Of a stretch of 64,000 nt of DNA, positions 50,901 through 60,875 are shown one piece after another. Under the pieces are notes generated by a model. That model did not search any database. It saw nothing but the letters and a program-made list of their open reading frames with translations, and had not been told where the DNA came from. Origin of the DNA: Andalucia godoyi And28 (lineage: Eukaryota > Protista > Jakobida); NCBI GenBank assembly GCA_009859145.1, contig VRVR01000039.1, positions 208,233 through 272,232 of the forward strand, in the 5' to 3' direction. Both the position numbers and the translations under genes were made by a program. Numbering within the stretch: the stretch's first letter is position 1; each line of letters begins with the position of its first letter.

Positions 50901-53900
50901 ATATCCTGGCGAAAACATGGTCCTTGAAGATTCTTTTAGGATGTACTACCCTTTTGGATCCTCTCCTGCAATCAGTGCGAACCGCATTTCGTATTTCCTG
51001 GATCTTCACGGGATTTCCGTGAACGTTGATACTGCATGTTCATCCTCGTTGACCGCTATAGATTTGGCATGCTTGCAGATTCTGGAAGGTCGCTGCAACA
51101 CAGCCTTTGTTGGTGGAGCTAACGTCGTGCTGGATACCGCGGTTAGCGAAAGTCTGGAACTCTGTGGGTTCTTGTCTCCGGACAAGGCTTGCAAAGCCTT
51201 CGAAGAGGGTGCTGATGGGTACGCTCGTGGAGAAGGCGGTGTTGTCATGATTCTGAAGAAGTACGAGGATGCGCTCCGTGATGGCGACTGCGTTTTTGGA
51301 GTTATTGGTGGTCGCTCTGTGAACCAAAATGGAAATGGCCTCACCATCTCATCCCCGAATTTTGAAGTTCAGTCGCAGCTGCTTCGAACAGCTGTTGAAG
51401 CTTCCGGCATTGGTTTGCCGGCCGTCTCTTATGTGGAATGTCACGGTACAGGTACTCGCATTGGCGACTTGATCGAGGCAAAAGCGCTGGGATCTGTATT
51501 TCGGGAGTCTCACATGCATTCGCCACTGCTCATAGGGTCTGTCAAGTCGAATGCAGGGCATCTTGAGTCATGTGCGGGACTTGCGGGCCTGTTGAAGGCG
51601 CTCTTGATTGTCCAACATCGCTGCATTCCGCCGTCATTGCTGTCCGGGAAAAGAGCCACGCACATCGATTTCGAAGGCCTCCGCCTGGAGGTGGTTGACG
51701 CGGTTCGCCATTTGGACGAACAGCCTCTTGCTGTGGGTGTGTCCTCCTTTGGATTTGGAGGTACCAATGCACACGTCATTCTTCTTTCTCCGGACCATCC
51801 AGCTCTCCAAGAATCAAAACTCAGAACGCCCCCTCCAGAAGTCCGTGAAAGTCAGTTTGTGCAATCCGATTTCCTGATTCTTCCGGTGTCCGCTCGCAGC
51901 AATGAGTCGCTGCAGACACTTTGCAAGTGCCTTTCTACCTCCCTTGAAACTGTGGATCCGCTGCACGTTTCTAGAACACTGTGCTCGTTCCGTGACTCGT
52001 TCCCGTACCGAAAAGTAATAGTTGCTTCTGGAATTCGCGATGCAATGCAAAAACTGTCTTCTGCTACGCCATCCTCTGCGGTCATGGCTCGAGACCGTGT
52101 AGGGTTCGTGTTTAGTGGTCAAGGAACGGACTGGCCTGGAATGGGCCGTGCACTTCTTCGTTCGAGCCACGGTTTTGCAAAATCATTCAATGCCATTGAT
52201 GCCATCGTGAAACGACTGCGATCCTGGAGTCTGTTATCAGAAATCCTCTGGAATGATTCCTTGTCACCTCCCCGTCTGTCTAACGGACGCCTGCAGGTAT
52301 TGCTGATTGCTTTCCAGATTTCTTTTGTGGCAATGCTCCAGTCTGATTTTTCCATCGCTCCCTCGGCCGTTCTGGGCCATAGCATTGGGGAAATTGCAGC
52401 GTTTCACGTTGCAGGAGTCATTTCTCTGGAAGATGCCATTCATCTGGCAGTTCGACGGGGCGAAATCATGGACGACGAAACGCGAAAGATCTCTGCAAAG
52501 TTTGGGATGCTCGCTGCCAGTCTTAGTGAGTCTGCTGCGAAGCAATTGCTGTCCGATTTCCTCGGCCCTTCGGACCAGACTGTTTCTCTCTCGGCTGTCA
52601 ATTCTCCATTGCAGGTCGTTTTTGGAGGCAGAGCAGAGTCTCTCCAGCAGATGTGTGGGGAGCTATCAAATCGTGGCATCCGGCACAAGATGTTGCCGAT
52701 GGCAACTGCATTTCACACCAAGATTTATAAGGCTGCATCGTCTCGGTTGGAAGCAGAGTTTGCGTTTTTGAAACCATGTGTCTCGTCAATCGTGTTATGT
52801 TCGTCGTACACGGGTCGAGTGTATCCTGCCAATCTCGTGGACAAATCGCTGGGCACTGGATCTTACTGGGGCAACCAGATGAGTGCGCCCGTCCAGTTCC
52901 ATGACGCATTTTGCAATCTGTTGCAATCTCGGTCCGTGGACGTTGTAATTGAAATTGGCCCTTCTTCTGTTCTTGCGCATTCGATGGAGGAGTCCATCGA
53001 CTTACTGTATCCGGAATCAACGGTTGCCATCTCTGAATCTTCGAATCGGTTGATTTCTCGACAGGGTCTGCGTCAAACCCGAGTGCTGGGCGCTTCGCAG
53101 AAGAACGAGGACGAAGTGCTGCATGTAATCTCCACGCTGTCCGCGTTGTGGGAGTGTGGTCACGGTCTGCGGCTAGAAAGCTTTGGCTTCTCCAACAGCC
53201 GATCGAATGCACATGTTGTTCCTGTCTACCAGTGGGACCGAACGGCTTGCTGGGTGGAAACGTCTCAGAATCCGCTAAACTCCAAGCTGTTCGTTCGAAA
53301 CGTTGAGCGTGCCATGGTTCATTTACGAAGCCCCCGCTTGATGCGCTCTCGAAATTCCGATCCCTTTGATACCCATCGCCGGAGATCCGTGGATTTTGAC
53401 ACCATCTCCACCCCGTCCTCTGCAACCAATTCTCCGTCGGTTTCAGTGGTTTCTCGATTCTCCGCCCAATCTGCAATTGTTGACGCGTTGTGTCGTCGTT
53501 TACAGGTCGCACCGTCGGATCTCAACCAATCGCTTACTCTCGTGGAGCTTGGAATGGATTCTATTTCCATGAATCAGCTGCGATCCGATATAGAATCTCT
53601 GTTGAACCGGCGGTTGAAGCCAGAGGTACTGCTAGGCAAGCCTGTTTCAGAGGTTGTTAAGTTGTTGACGGAACAGAACCCTGTGTTGTCCTCGTCTTCG
53701 TTTTCTCTTCGCGCTGGCGCTCTTCCTCACCCTATCTCTCTTCCAGCAGCAGCATCTCGGCTAAACGTCGCCACTCGCTTTGATGATATTCCCGAGATGG
53801 TGGAGTTGGAAACACGACTGGCATCCTTTTCGGCGATATCGCCCGAGCCGGTGTTTTACAGAGTACAGGATGGTATTCCGGGAGCGGAGACGTTGATGCA

Positions 53901-54996
53901 TATTGGAGGTGAGGTTCGGAAGGTGGTCAGCTACTCGCATTACAATTATCTTGGATTGAACGGAAATGCAACCGTCTCCGCAGCCGCGAAAACTGCAATC
54001 GATCAGTTTGGAACCTCTGTGAGCGGCAGTCGCATCCTGTCTGGAGAAAAGACTGTTCATACATCGCTGGAACGTCTCATTTCGCGGTTTCTTGGTGCAG
54101 AAGATTCGCTGGTGATGTCCGCTGGACATGCAGTGAATGAATCGTTCATTGGGCACATTGTTGGCGATGGCGATGCGATCTTTTTCGACGAGGAGTCTCA
54201 CAACAGCATTATTCAAGGAACAATGATGTCTGGTGCCGCGCGCATTCAGTTTGCGCACAACAGTCATGCAGACCTGGCCACTAAGCTGGAAACGTATCGA
54301 AAGTCGTTCCGTCGAGCGCTGATCGTTATTGAAGGTCTCTACTCCATGTCCGGTGATTATCCAGATCTGCAAAAGTTTGTGGACTTGAAAAAGACTTTTG
54401 ATTGCGGTCTGATGATTGACGAAGCACACTCGATTGGCACTTTGGGCAGCACTGGACGGGGCATTTGTGAACTCTGCGATGTGATGCCCGGCGACGTGGA
54501 CATCCTGATGGGAACTCTTAGCAAATCGTTTGCGAGTTGCGGTGGCTATCTTGCTGGTTCGTCTCGTCTAATCCAGTATTTGAGATACACCCTGCCAGGA
54601 TACATTTTCTCTGCAGGCATCACTCCTGCAAATACTGCGGCCGCTGCGGCGGTTTTGGAGCTGATTTCCCAGGATTCGACGTACACGCGGCAGCTTCGTG
54701 AGAATTCTAATTACTTCATGAAGCTCCTGGCGGAGCATGGTTTAGAAACGCTTGCAAAGACCGATTCCCCAATCATTCCTGTTGTTGTTGGCGCTGACGA
54801 GTCTGCAATTTCACTATCCTTGTCCCTCTTATCCGAGGGAATCTTTGTCAATCCTGCTGTTTATCCTTCTGTTCCGAAGGGCAGTGCGCGTCTTCGGTTT
54901 TTCATGACTGCGTTGCACACGCAACCGATGATGACGCACACCGCAGATGTGCTGGCTCGTCTTTTAAAGGAACTTCCAGCATGCCAGAAGGTGTAA
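47920..54996 (+). CDS. Hybrid megasynthase FAAL-ACP-KS-AT-ACP-alpha-oxoamine synthase (RedL-like architecture)
   Basis: FAAL: QYSSGTTSSPKG, WLPVFHDMGL, GRIKDII. ACP1: SLTSVSA. KS: DTACSSS, HGTGT, KSNAGH. AT: GHSIGE, TAFH. ACP2: LGMDSI. PLP domain: YNYLGL, DEAHSIG, GTLSKS. Confidence 0.93.
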   Translation: MGAAESTSADASARASTIASASSSSASASVSAFPLAATTAAGGGTLVGSAQSGGLFSVSADTVYNPAEIDAGRCAMPASFRDVIFSRGMHFALDDALTILDGNGAEIAPTYTFGDLFRISAALAQHMTGNLGLTQADRCVLVFHTSVEFFVSFFACMLAGVTSVPVSVPSPRAVHALFGIIADCQPKCVLAAESMRAAFEPAFQQAQSKFPDLKHIFLDFVGPAFIESASPQKFDVQHWAREHRNAIADADGSAIVFMQYSSGTTSSPKGICIRNRNLVTNCQMVWRFFSMPKRGETHVSWLPVFHDMGLMLGVLLPMYAGAKAVLLSPDTFVRNPALWLLACTKYNAVVTGAPNFAYELCIRKVDDKMLDQVNLQSLRTMFSGAELVRADTVKKFFERFVPRGLRTSSYAPCYGMAETVVFACGRQEGDELFIIDINDLPALSANPWSVPRLKSYVGCGRTAYNALIIIVNPESLRPCSDGQEGEVWLSSPSVSDSYFGKPAISESTMHATLPAPEFKGHRFLRTGDVGFLYKKQLFVTGRIKDIIKINGASVFPTDVEYLIESRYSIVKPGCSAVFSVSSANAKEESIMCSCELRKGSFLSAEVFDSIAQLIWKEMHVSLGCVVFVTESANRKTTSGKISRYGCRQDLSRKRWQESDAVLGWKFFIANLRDAFVSPDVSDVFIRPECIQKASEVDAANHVTVPARSSSVSDIENAPVSAAVQGHASSSSSSSSAAPSLAALPPLSPLSMPSVTNASASSIVLGCPEPHLAWTLTSLEAKIRDLVSQETGVPASDFAMDAPLSSYSLTSVSAVQLSAAIESEFHIVLEKDFLFQNPSLRSLILCVADFLGLSVASSTATMSSFSVLLKEPSVRKNTNLIAIVGYSSRFPGASSPEVFWQSLIDGAELVARVPINRFRNVNDPSGEFVVGHYLEQIRDFDYKFWNMSYQEACMMDPQQRLIMELVVEAVQRSGMKLSDLKGTSTGVFTCTSPSGYPGENMVLEDSFRMYYPFGSSPAISANRISYFLDLHGISVNVDTACSSSLTAIDLACLQILEGRCNTAFVGGANVVLDTAVSESLELCGFLSPDKACKAFEEGADGYARGEGGVVMILKKYEDALRDGDCVFGVIGGRSVNQNGNGLTISSPNFEVQSQLLRTAVEASGIGLPAVSYVECHGTGTRIGDLIEAKALGSVFRESHMHSPLLIGSVKSNAGHLESCAGLAGLLKALLIVQHRCIPPSLLSGKRATHIDFEGLRLEVVDAVRHLDEQPLAVGVSSFGFGGTNAHVILLSPDHPALQESKLRTPPPEVRESQFVQSDFLILPVSARSNESLQTLCKCLSTSLETVDPLHVSRTLCSFRDSFPYRKVIVASGIRDAMQKLSSATPSSAVMARDRVGFVFSGQGTDWPGMGRALLRSSHGFAKSFNAIDAIVKRLRSWSLLSEILWNDSLSPPRLSNGRLQVLLIAFQISFVAMLQSDFSIAPSAVLGHSIGEIAAFHVAGVISLEDAIHLAVRRGEIMDDETRKISAKFGMLAASLSESAAKQLLSDFLGPSDQTVSLSAVNSPLQVVFGGRAESLQQMCGELSNRGIRHKMLPMATAFHTKIYKAASSRLEAEFAFLKPCVSSIVLCSSYTGRVYPANLVDKSLGTGSYWGNQMSAPVQFHDAFCNLLQSRSVDVVIEIGPSSVLAHSMEESIDLLYPESTVAISESSNRLISRQGLRQTRVLGASQKNEDEVLHVISTLSALWECGHGLRLESFGFSNSRSNAHVVPVYQWDRTACWVETSQNPLNSKLFVRNVERAMVHLRSPRLMRSRNSDPFDTHRRRSVDFDTISTPSSATNSPSVSVVSRFSAQSAIVDALCRRLQVAPSDLNQSLTLVELGMDSISMNQLRSDIESLLNRRLKPEVLLGKPVSEVVKLLTEQNPVLSSSSFSLRAGALPHPISLPAAASRLNVATRFDDIPEMVELETRLASFSAISPEPVFYRVQDGIPGAETLMHIGGEVRKVVSYSHYNYLGLNGNATVSAAAKTAIDQFGTSVSGSRILSGEKTVHTSLERLISRFLGAEDSLVMSAGHAVNESFIGHIVGDGDAIFFDEESHNSIIQGTMMSGAARIQFAHNSHADLATKLETYRKSFRRALIVIEGLYSMSGDYPDLQKFVDLKKTFDCGLMIDEAHSIGTLGSTGRGICELCDVMPGDVDILMGTLSKSFASCGGYLAGSSRLIQYLRYTLPGYIFSAGITPANTAAAAAVLELISQDSTYTRQLRENSNYFMKLLAEHGLETLAKTDSPIIPVVVGADESAISLSLSLLSEGIFVNPAVYPSVPKGSARLRFFMTALHTQPMMTHTADVLARLLKELPACQKV

Positions 54997-55302
54997 ACGG
55001 ATAGTATGGCTGAAGGTGTGCAGGTCGAGGCCCAATGAGACGCTGTCGAATATTCACAACCGATTCCTTGTAATCGATGATGGGCGCTGATGCTGATTTA
55101 AAAAGTCTCTCTACGCCAAATAATCTGGTTTTTTGGGGCGCAGCATATGCGAGCCAGATGTTTGGGAGAGGCTTCGGTTGGAGGGTTTTTAAAATAAAAA
55201 AAAACTTTCGCAATACGGGTAGAGCAAAGAAAAGAGGATGAATCATCAGTTAATTAACAACGAGTGAGGCGGGAAAACAACAATACGCTCAACTTTCGTC
55301 CA

Positions 55303-55950
55303 TTATTTACGTCCCATGCTATGATCATCATCCACGCTCTTGTTATCATCCTCCTTGTCGCTCGCTCCATCATCGTCACCGTCGCTGTCACTTTCTTCCA
55401 ATTCTTCGATTTCCTCTAACGTGCGCTTCCTGCTGTGATCTGGGTCGAGCTCGTCAGGCTCACCGTGGTTCGGCAGCGCTTCATCCTCCATTTCTGGTTC
55501 TGCATCCCCGTCTACTTCTATGTCCGCATCTGCAGCTGCACCGCTGCTTGCTTGTACGTCATCATTCCCGTCATTTTCCGGTTCGTGCGGTTGCTCGCCC
55601 TCTGCACCGCCGTTGCCTCCATCTCCCGCCTCCTCGCTCCCGCCTTTCTTCGCCTTTCCTCTTCCCACCTTCCGCGTGTCCTTCAGCGGTCCATACTCGG
55701 ACTTCAGCTGATCCACCCACGATGCAAACTGGATTTCCTCCAGCGCCGCAAAAATGTCGTCTGCAAAGATTGTCTGTCGCTTTGATTTTGCAGCAAACTC
55801 CTGCGCTGCGGCCGTCAGAAACTGAACGAAAACTTGCGTAGAGCGAGCTACCGCTGCGCGAGCTTCTTTGCTAATGAGCATATTATCTGAAAACACCTGC
55901 TTCATCAATCGAGCCACAATCGTTGGGGGTATAGTAAACTCATCCGACAT
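55303..55950 (-). CDS. POLE3: Histone-fold protein POLE3/DPB4/CHRAC17
   Basis: IPPTIVARLMK..ISKEARAAVARSTQVFVQFLT..KRQTIFADDIFAALEEI, plus an acidic tail. Confidence 0.82.
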   Translation of the reverse strand: MSDEFTIPPTIVARLMKQVFSDNMLISKEARAAVARSTQVFVQFLTAAAQEFAAKSKRQTIFADDIFAALEEIQFASWVDQLKSEYGPLKDTRKVGRGKAKKGGSEEAGDGGNGGAEGEQPHEPENDGNDDVQASSGAAADADIEVDGDAEPEMEDEALPNHGEPDELDPDHSRKRTLEEIEELEESDSDGDDDGASDKEDDNKSVDDDHSMGRK

Positions 55951-56218
55951 GATGATTCCTCGTTTCTCCTCTTTCTCCTGTGGAATCCTTTTTTTTTAAC
56001 GCCCTTTTCACTGTTTGGATTAGTACCACCACCACAATAAATAAAAATTGTATTTTAATTTATATAAAGAATAAAATAAAAAAGCCCCAAAGAACGACCA
56101 AAACGAGAACGAGTGAATTCCAGTTTGAAAGGAAATATAATATATGTATTTCGGGCGGGGAACCAGTGCTTGAGGCCACAAACACACACTCTCCAAATCG
56201 CAGATGAACTTCCACTTC

Positions 56219-56288
56219 GGATTCTGGATTCTGGATTCTGGATTCTGGATTCCGCAATCCGCAATCCGCAATCCGCAATCCGCAATCC
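56219..56288. repeat. Symmetric 5+5 heptamer array (GGATTCT)4-GGATTCC-(GCAATCC)5 in a divergent-promoter spacer
   Basis: Directly counted. The GGATT and AATCC cores are reverse complements. Confidence 0.85.
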
Positions 56289-56562
56289 TCGGTCGTGAAA
56301 GACTTGACAGTCGAGCTATGGCTGTGTTCGACTGGTCTCGCCTTTCTTTCTTTTTCTTCCCCTCCCCTCCGAATGTTTAACCGTTTTGAGATTTAAAAAG
56401 GAATATATATATATATATACTCCGAGTCGCAGCAGCAGACGTTTCCCTGAGCCCCAGTACCGCAAGACTTCATTTTCGCATCAACGGTGGTGCAACAATT
56501 TTAAAAAAAAGAAAAAGAACAAGAACAAGAAGAAAAGAAAAGAAAGAAAGAAAGACAGACGT

Positions 56563-57888
56563 ATGAGTGTGCTGTCGTCCGTGCGCGAAAGATCCATTGG
56601 CAATCTGTCTCCTGCATTGCATACATGGGTGCTTGATTCGCGTGCGACAATGTCACGCCTTGCACATTCGAGCACTTTGCATGGGCATGCTGGATGTGTG
56701 AACACCTTGTTTTACTCTCCCGATGGATCCGTCTTGGTCAGTGGCTCGGATGATCAGCGGGTGATTTTCTGGGACTCGGAACGCTGCACAAGGATTTCAG
56801 AAATCGAAACAGGCCACTCGGGGAATATTTTCTGCGCAAAACTGGCCCCGTTTCCTAACCACGAAACGCTGATCAGCTGTGCCGCAGATTCCGAGATCCG
56901 TGTGTTCCAAAATGGTAACCTGACCTCTGTGATTGGTGGTCACATGGACAGGGTGAAGAAGATTGCTGTTCATGCTGCCGAGCCCAGTCTCTTCTGGTCC
57001 GTATCCGAGGACGGCACTTGTCGGGAGTGGGACTTGCGCGGAGGGTTTTCCACCGGAAACATCCTTTTGGACTTCCGGATCGAATCAGGAACATTCCCTT
57101 TCGAGTCCTTCATGGAGCTTGATGCGGTGGACATGCATCCCCACGACCCGTCCTTGTTCGCGGTCTCGGGCCGAGACGGATGCGTCCGTGTTTATGATCG
57201 GAGACGTTTGGAGGTTTCTTCCGCAGTCAAACGGTTTTGTCCATCCCTATACAGGGCGTCGTATGCTGCTCGTACGCAGGGACACGTAACGGGCGTGTGC
57301 TGGTCGCGTGATGGAAGAAAAGTTGTTGGAAACTACATTGATGATTTTGTGTATTCATTTTCCATGGATGCCACGAGCACACTGGAGGAGTATGGCACAG
57401 ATGCTGATGCGGACAGCACGTTCTATCGGGTGTACAAGGGGAGGCGCCACAGCATGACCATCAAGCAGGTGTCCATACTTGGAGCGACCGGGGGATTTGT
57501 CTCCTCGGGTTCGGACTGTGGCAGATTTTTCGTATGGGACCTCGACACTGGCGACTTGGTGAACTGCCAGAAAGCCGATTCTCATATTGTGAATTGCATT
57601 GAATCCCATCCAAACATCGTGCAAGTCGCTACTTCAGGCATAGGAAAGGACGTGAAGCTTTGGAGCCCCGGTGCAGAAGTCTCACTTTCTCCCGAAACGG
57701 AGGAAATGGTCGTCCGCAATGCAAGCCACCGAAATCCAGAACGATCCCAGATACTGCAGGTCCTGTGGGACATGATTATGGAAGCCAATCGAGACAACGA
57801 CTTTCTCGCCGAGCTGCGATCTCAGTCCGCTGACGACAGTGAATCGCCGCAGGAAGACGGAGACGGCTCTCCATCCATGCAGAACTGA
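56563..57888 (+). CDS. DCAF8/DCAF6-like WD40 protein
   Basis: ATG 56563. LHGHAGCVNTL, SGSDD, GHSGNIFCAK, SGSDCGRFFVWD, ADSHIVNCIESHP, ATSGI. Confidence 0.87.
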   Translation: MSVLSSVRERSIGNLSPALHTWVLDSRATMSRLAHSSTLHGHAGCVNTLFYSPDGSVLVSGSDDQRVIFWDSERCTRISEIETGHSGNIFCAKLAPFPNHETLISCAADSEIRVFQNGNLTSVIGGHMDRVKKIAVHAAEPSLFWSVSEDGTCREWDLRGGFSTGNILLDFRIESGTFPFESFMELDAVDMHPHDPSLFAVSGRDGCVRVYDRRRLEVSSAVKRFCPSLYRASYAARTQGHVTGVCWSRDGRKVVGNYIDDFVYSFSMDATSTLEEYGTDADADSTFYRVYKGRRHSMTIKQVSILGATGGFVSSGSDCGRFFVWDLDTGDLVNCQKADSHIVNCIESHPNIVQVATSGIGKDVKLWSPGAEVSLSPETEEMVVRNASHRNPERSQILQVLWDMIMEANRDNDFLAELRSQSADDSESPQEDGDGSPSMQN

Positions 57889-57931
57889 GAGCATCCCGAG
57901 GGAGCTACCAAGGACTTGTGAGGGGACGCGC

Positions 57932-57964
<33 letters not shown>

Positions 57965-58016
57965 AAACATCGTATCCGTGTCGCGGCAAGCAGACAATGT
58001 GCATCCCGTCCCTTCA

Positions 58017-59882
58017 TTACATGTCATCCGCCCATTCTGGTGCATTTGCATCGAGCGCTCTTTGGTATTTAGAGGCACGTTTTTCCCGTGTTGCTCGTCT
58101 GTACACGAAAATTGCCCCAACGACGAGCACCAAACATCCGACGGCAATCCCGATGATGAGAAGCAGCACTGACTCGGAGGCCCAGTTTTCATCACCGCCA
58201 ACATCGTCGTTGTGCGACTCGTCATTGGACTGATGAACAAAGGATATCCGTCCAGCAGGAGGATGTGCAACAGGTGAAAACTTTTCGAGATACTGCAGCA
58301 TGACGTCGGACATGATGAAGCCAAAATCAATTGTGTCAAACCCCTCCGACAGCATGTTGTATCCGTCCCCACCTCGGGCAAGATAGTCTGTGATGATCAG
58401 CAGGAATGTTGTGCTCCTTGCGTGGTCGAGCTCCGTAAATCGACGGCCCGGTATGGATGGAATTTCAAAGGACAGTAAACGGCCAGTGTCCTCGTCGATT
58501 TTCGCAACGATGTTGGATACTTGCAGGAAGCTGCCGCGATTTCGGCGGCTCGCTGAAAATTGGAGAACGTCCCACAGTACGGATTCATTGATGATCAGTC
58601 CTAGAATGGAATTCGTAAATGGAAACACGGTCATCACATCACCAAGAGATATCGTGCCCCGTCCCAACGAAGCGCGGACAGAGCCGCCGTTGGTGGCAGC
58701 AATGACGGCATCAAAAGAACTGGTCGAGGCACCGTGTAAATCACTGGGCACACAGCCAAGCATGCGGCTGACTCGGCACGTCTTGCCGTGCAACGATATT
58801 GCAGGTCCCTGTGGGGCTTTCGAAAGCATGCGCATTGCATCGGTTATGACATCTCCAAGAACGCACTCCTGATTTCGGCATGTAGCTCCATCCAAATCGA
58901 CTGCGGCCGATCCAACCGGAGATTTGAGGAAATTATCCAGCGGTTGTTTCAACTCATTCACCATTGCATCCATACACGCGTCAGGCTCAACAGAGTCATC
59001 AACGGGGACTGGAAATCCAGTGATACTTCTTAGATACGGACTGTTGTCAACCCAGGACAAATCGAGAACTCCGACTGTCCGGCCCCAGCACCAGTCTTGA
59101 AAAACCCATGTTTTCGCATGCTCCAGATTGGTCACAGAGATTGGCTCTTGCATCCTGGTGTGGGAATGACCCCCAATGATGAGGGAGATGGACCTAGTTT
59201 GCGCAGCGATCTCCAAGTCTCGCTCAATGCCTGCGTGTGACAACACAACCACATAGTCTGCGGCTCCTGATGCGATCAGATGGGGAGCGAGAGAATTCAG
59301 CGTCATGACGATATCAAGAATCTTCACGTATTCAGAAAGAATTGCAAGCTCTGGGAGCTCCTCTGTGATCACTCCGATGAAAGCAATCCGCCGGTCTTCC
59401 ACAGTCACAATTTGATACGGAGTGACTGGAGATCCATGCAGCGGAGTGCCTGCCGCGAACTGGATGTTCGCGCAGACAATCGGATACGTCAATTTGGACA
59501 AGTACCGTGCAAGCATCTCTTCGCCGATATCAAATTCATGATTACCGATTGTTCCAACAGAAAAGTTTAGACGGTTCATCAGCAATGCAGAGGCATTTCC
59601 ATGATAAAAGTTAAAGAACAGAGTTCCCTGGAAAATATCACCTGCATCGACTACCAGATATGGAGACGAAGTATTTGTATATTGCTGCAATACAGAAGAG
59701 ATTCTTCCGAAACCTCCGAAGCACGTAGAAGAGGAATCTGTGCAGAACGTGCCAAGGTCAGTGAACGGCATGAAGTGGGAATGAACGTCATTGAGATGTA
59801 CCAGGCGGAGCTGCAGCGCAACGCACCACCTGGCTAAAGCAAACGCGAAAAAGAGCGCAAACAACGAAGACTGACTAGCCAT
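58017..59882 (-). CDS. Ecto-5'-nucleotidase/apyrase (calcineurin-like metallophosphoesterase plus C-terminal domain), type I membrane protein
   Basis: ATG 59882 followed by a signal peptide. HLNDVHSH, DAGDIFQGT, GNHEFD, LSHAG, GGHSH, NGGSVR, C-terminal transmembrane helix. Confidence 0.92.
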   Translation of the reverse strand: MASQSSLFALFFAFALARWCVALQLRLVHLNDVHSHFMPFTDLGTFCTDSSSTCFGGFGRISSVLQQYTNTSSPYLVVDAGDIFQGTLFFNFYHGNASALLMNRLNFSVGTIGNHEFDIGEEMLARYLSKLTYPIVCANIQFAAGTPLHGSPVTPYQIVTVEDRRIAFIGVITEELPELAILSEYVKILDIVMTLNSLAPHLIASGAADYVVVLSHAGIERDLEIAAQTRSISLIIGGHSHTRMQEPISVTNLEHAKTWVFQDWCWGRTVGVLDLSWVDNSPYLRSITGFPVPVDDSVEPDACMDAMVNELKQPLDNFLKSPVGSAAVDLDGATCRNQECVLGDVITDAMRMLSKAPQGPAISLHGKTCRVSRMLGCVPSDLHGASTSSFDAVIAATNGGSVRASLGRGTISLGDVMTVFPFTNSILGLIINESVLWDVLQFSASRRNRGSFLQVSNIVAKIDEDTGRLLSFEIPSIPGRRFTELDHARSTTFLLIITDYLARGGDGYNMLSEGFDTIDFGFIMSDVMLQYLEKFSPVAHPPAGRISFVHQSNDESHNDDVGGDENWASESVLLLIIGIAVGCLVLVVGAIFVYRRATREKRASKYQRALDANAPEWADDM

Positions 59883-60281
59883 TTCGATAACAGACCCAGC
59901 TCCTCTACCTTGGAAATTGGTTTCCCTTGCTGAAGAGCGTCTTCCCCCGAAAACACCGAGGAAAAGAAGCCTGCAGAATACGACGACGATGACAAGGCAC
60001 AATCCGAAGAAGGCCAAAGCACTGTTCTTTATGTTGATGAAACAATCACTTGATTCTAGCGAACGAATGAGCCCCATCGAAAAACGTGCTGCAAAAGGGG
60101 AAAAAGACGACCCAGTCTCATTCATCCCCTCCCCCTCCTCCCGCTCCCCCTCCCTCTGTGTACATCGTAGACGGCAAGTGGTCGTCTGGGAGGCCGCGAA
60201 CTCTTTCGAATGCGTCGATTCATTTGCAGATCCTTCACGCGATCTTTTTCATTCAATTGCCGTCCACCTCCCTCCGCCCAA

Positions 60282-60875
60282 ATGAGCAGCACTGTTGTGG
60301 ACGGCGCGCTTCGTCTGTCGTCTGCCATGACCGCGACGCCGCTTTTGACAGCGGCCGAGATCACTTCCATCATTCACAGTGGATTACCTGCTGCATCCGA
60401 AGCGGGAGTCACGTGCCGCTCCATTCATCTATGTCACGGTCCGAATGACGCCGCCAGGACCAGCACTGGTCTTGCGCCCAGCGTAAGCACTGCCGTTGTC
60501 CGACTTCCGTTTTCCGAATCGCAGCTGCGACCTGGGAATACGGTCAGTGGTCCAACACTGATGATGCTCGCAGATGCCGCGTACTATGCTCTTGCTTTGG
60601 GCGTCACGAATGGGAATACAATGGCTGTAACGTCGTCGTTCCATATGGATTTTCTGCGAAAGCCAGTTGCTGGAAACGATCTGATTGCTCTCGCTTCCCT
60701 CGTCAAAGCCGGCAAGCGATTAATTGTCATGCAGACGTACATCTATAGTGAGAATCCGTTAACAACACTGCCCACAAGCAGAATTGCCTCGGAGATGGTG
60801 GTCGCCATGGAGCACCCAAATCTCGTTGCAACAGGGTCCGGGACGTACGCAGTTCCGTCCAGAAGCAAGATGTGA
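60282..60875 (+). CDS. PaaI-family hot-dog-fold thioesterase
   Basis: LRPGNTVSGPTLMMLADAA..AVTSSFHMDFLRKP..VKAGKRLIV. Confidence 0.88.
   Translation: MSSTVVDGALRLSSAMTATPLLTAAEITSIIHSGLPAASEAGVTCRSIHLCHGPNDAARTSTGLAPSVSTAVVRLPFSESQLRPGNTVSGPTLMMLADAAYYALALGVTNGNTMAVTSSFHMDFLRKPVAGNDLIALASLVKAGKRLIVMQTYIYSENPLTTLPTSRIASEMVVAMEHPNLVATGSGTYAVPSRSKM

Noticed and set aside
60282-60875. PaaI thioesterase as part of a PKS cluster
   Set aside because: It is separated from the PKS by three unrelated genes, and the oxoamine synthase already provides chain release.
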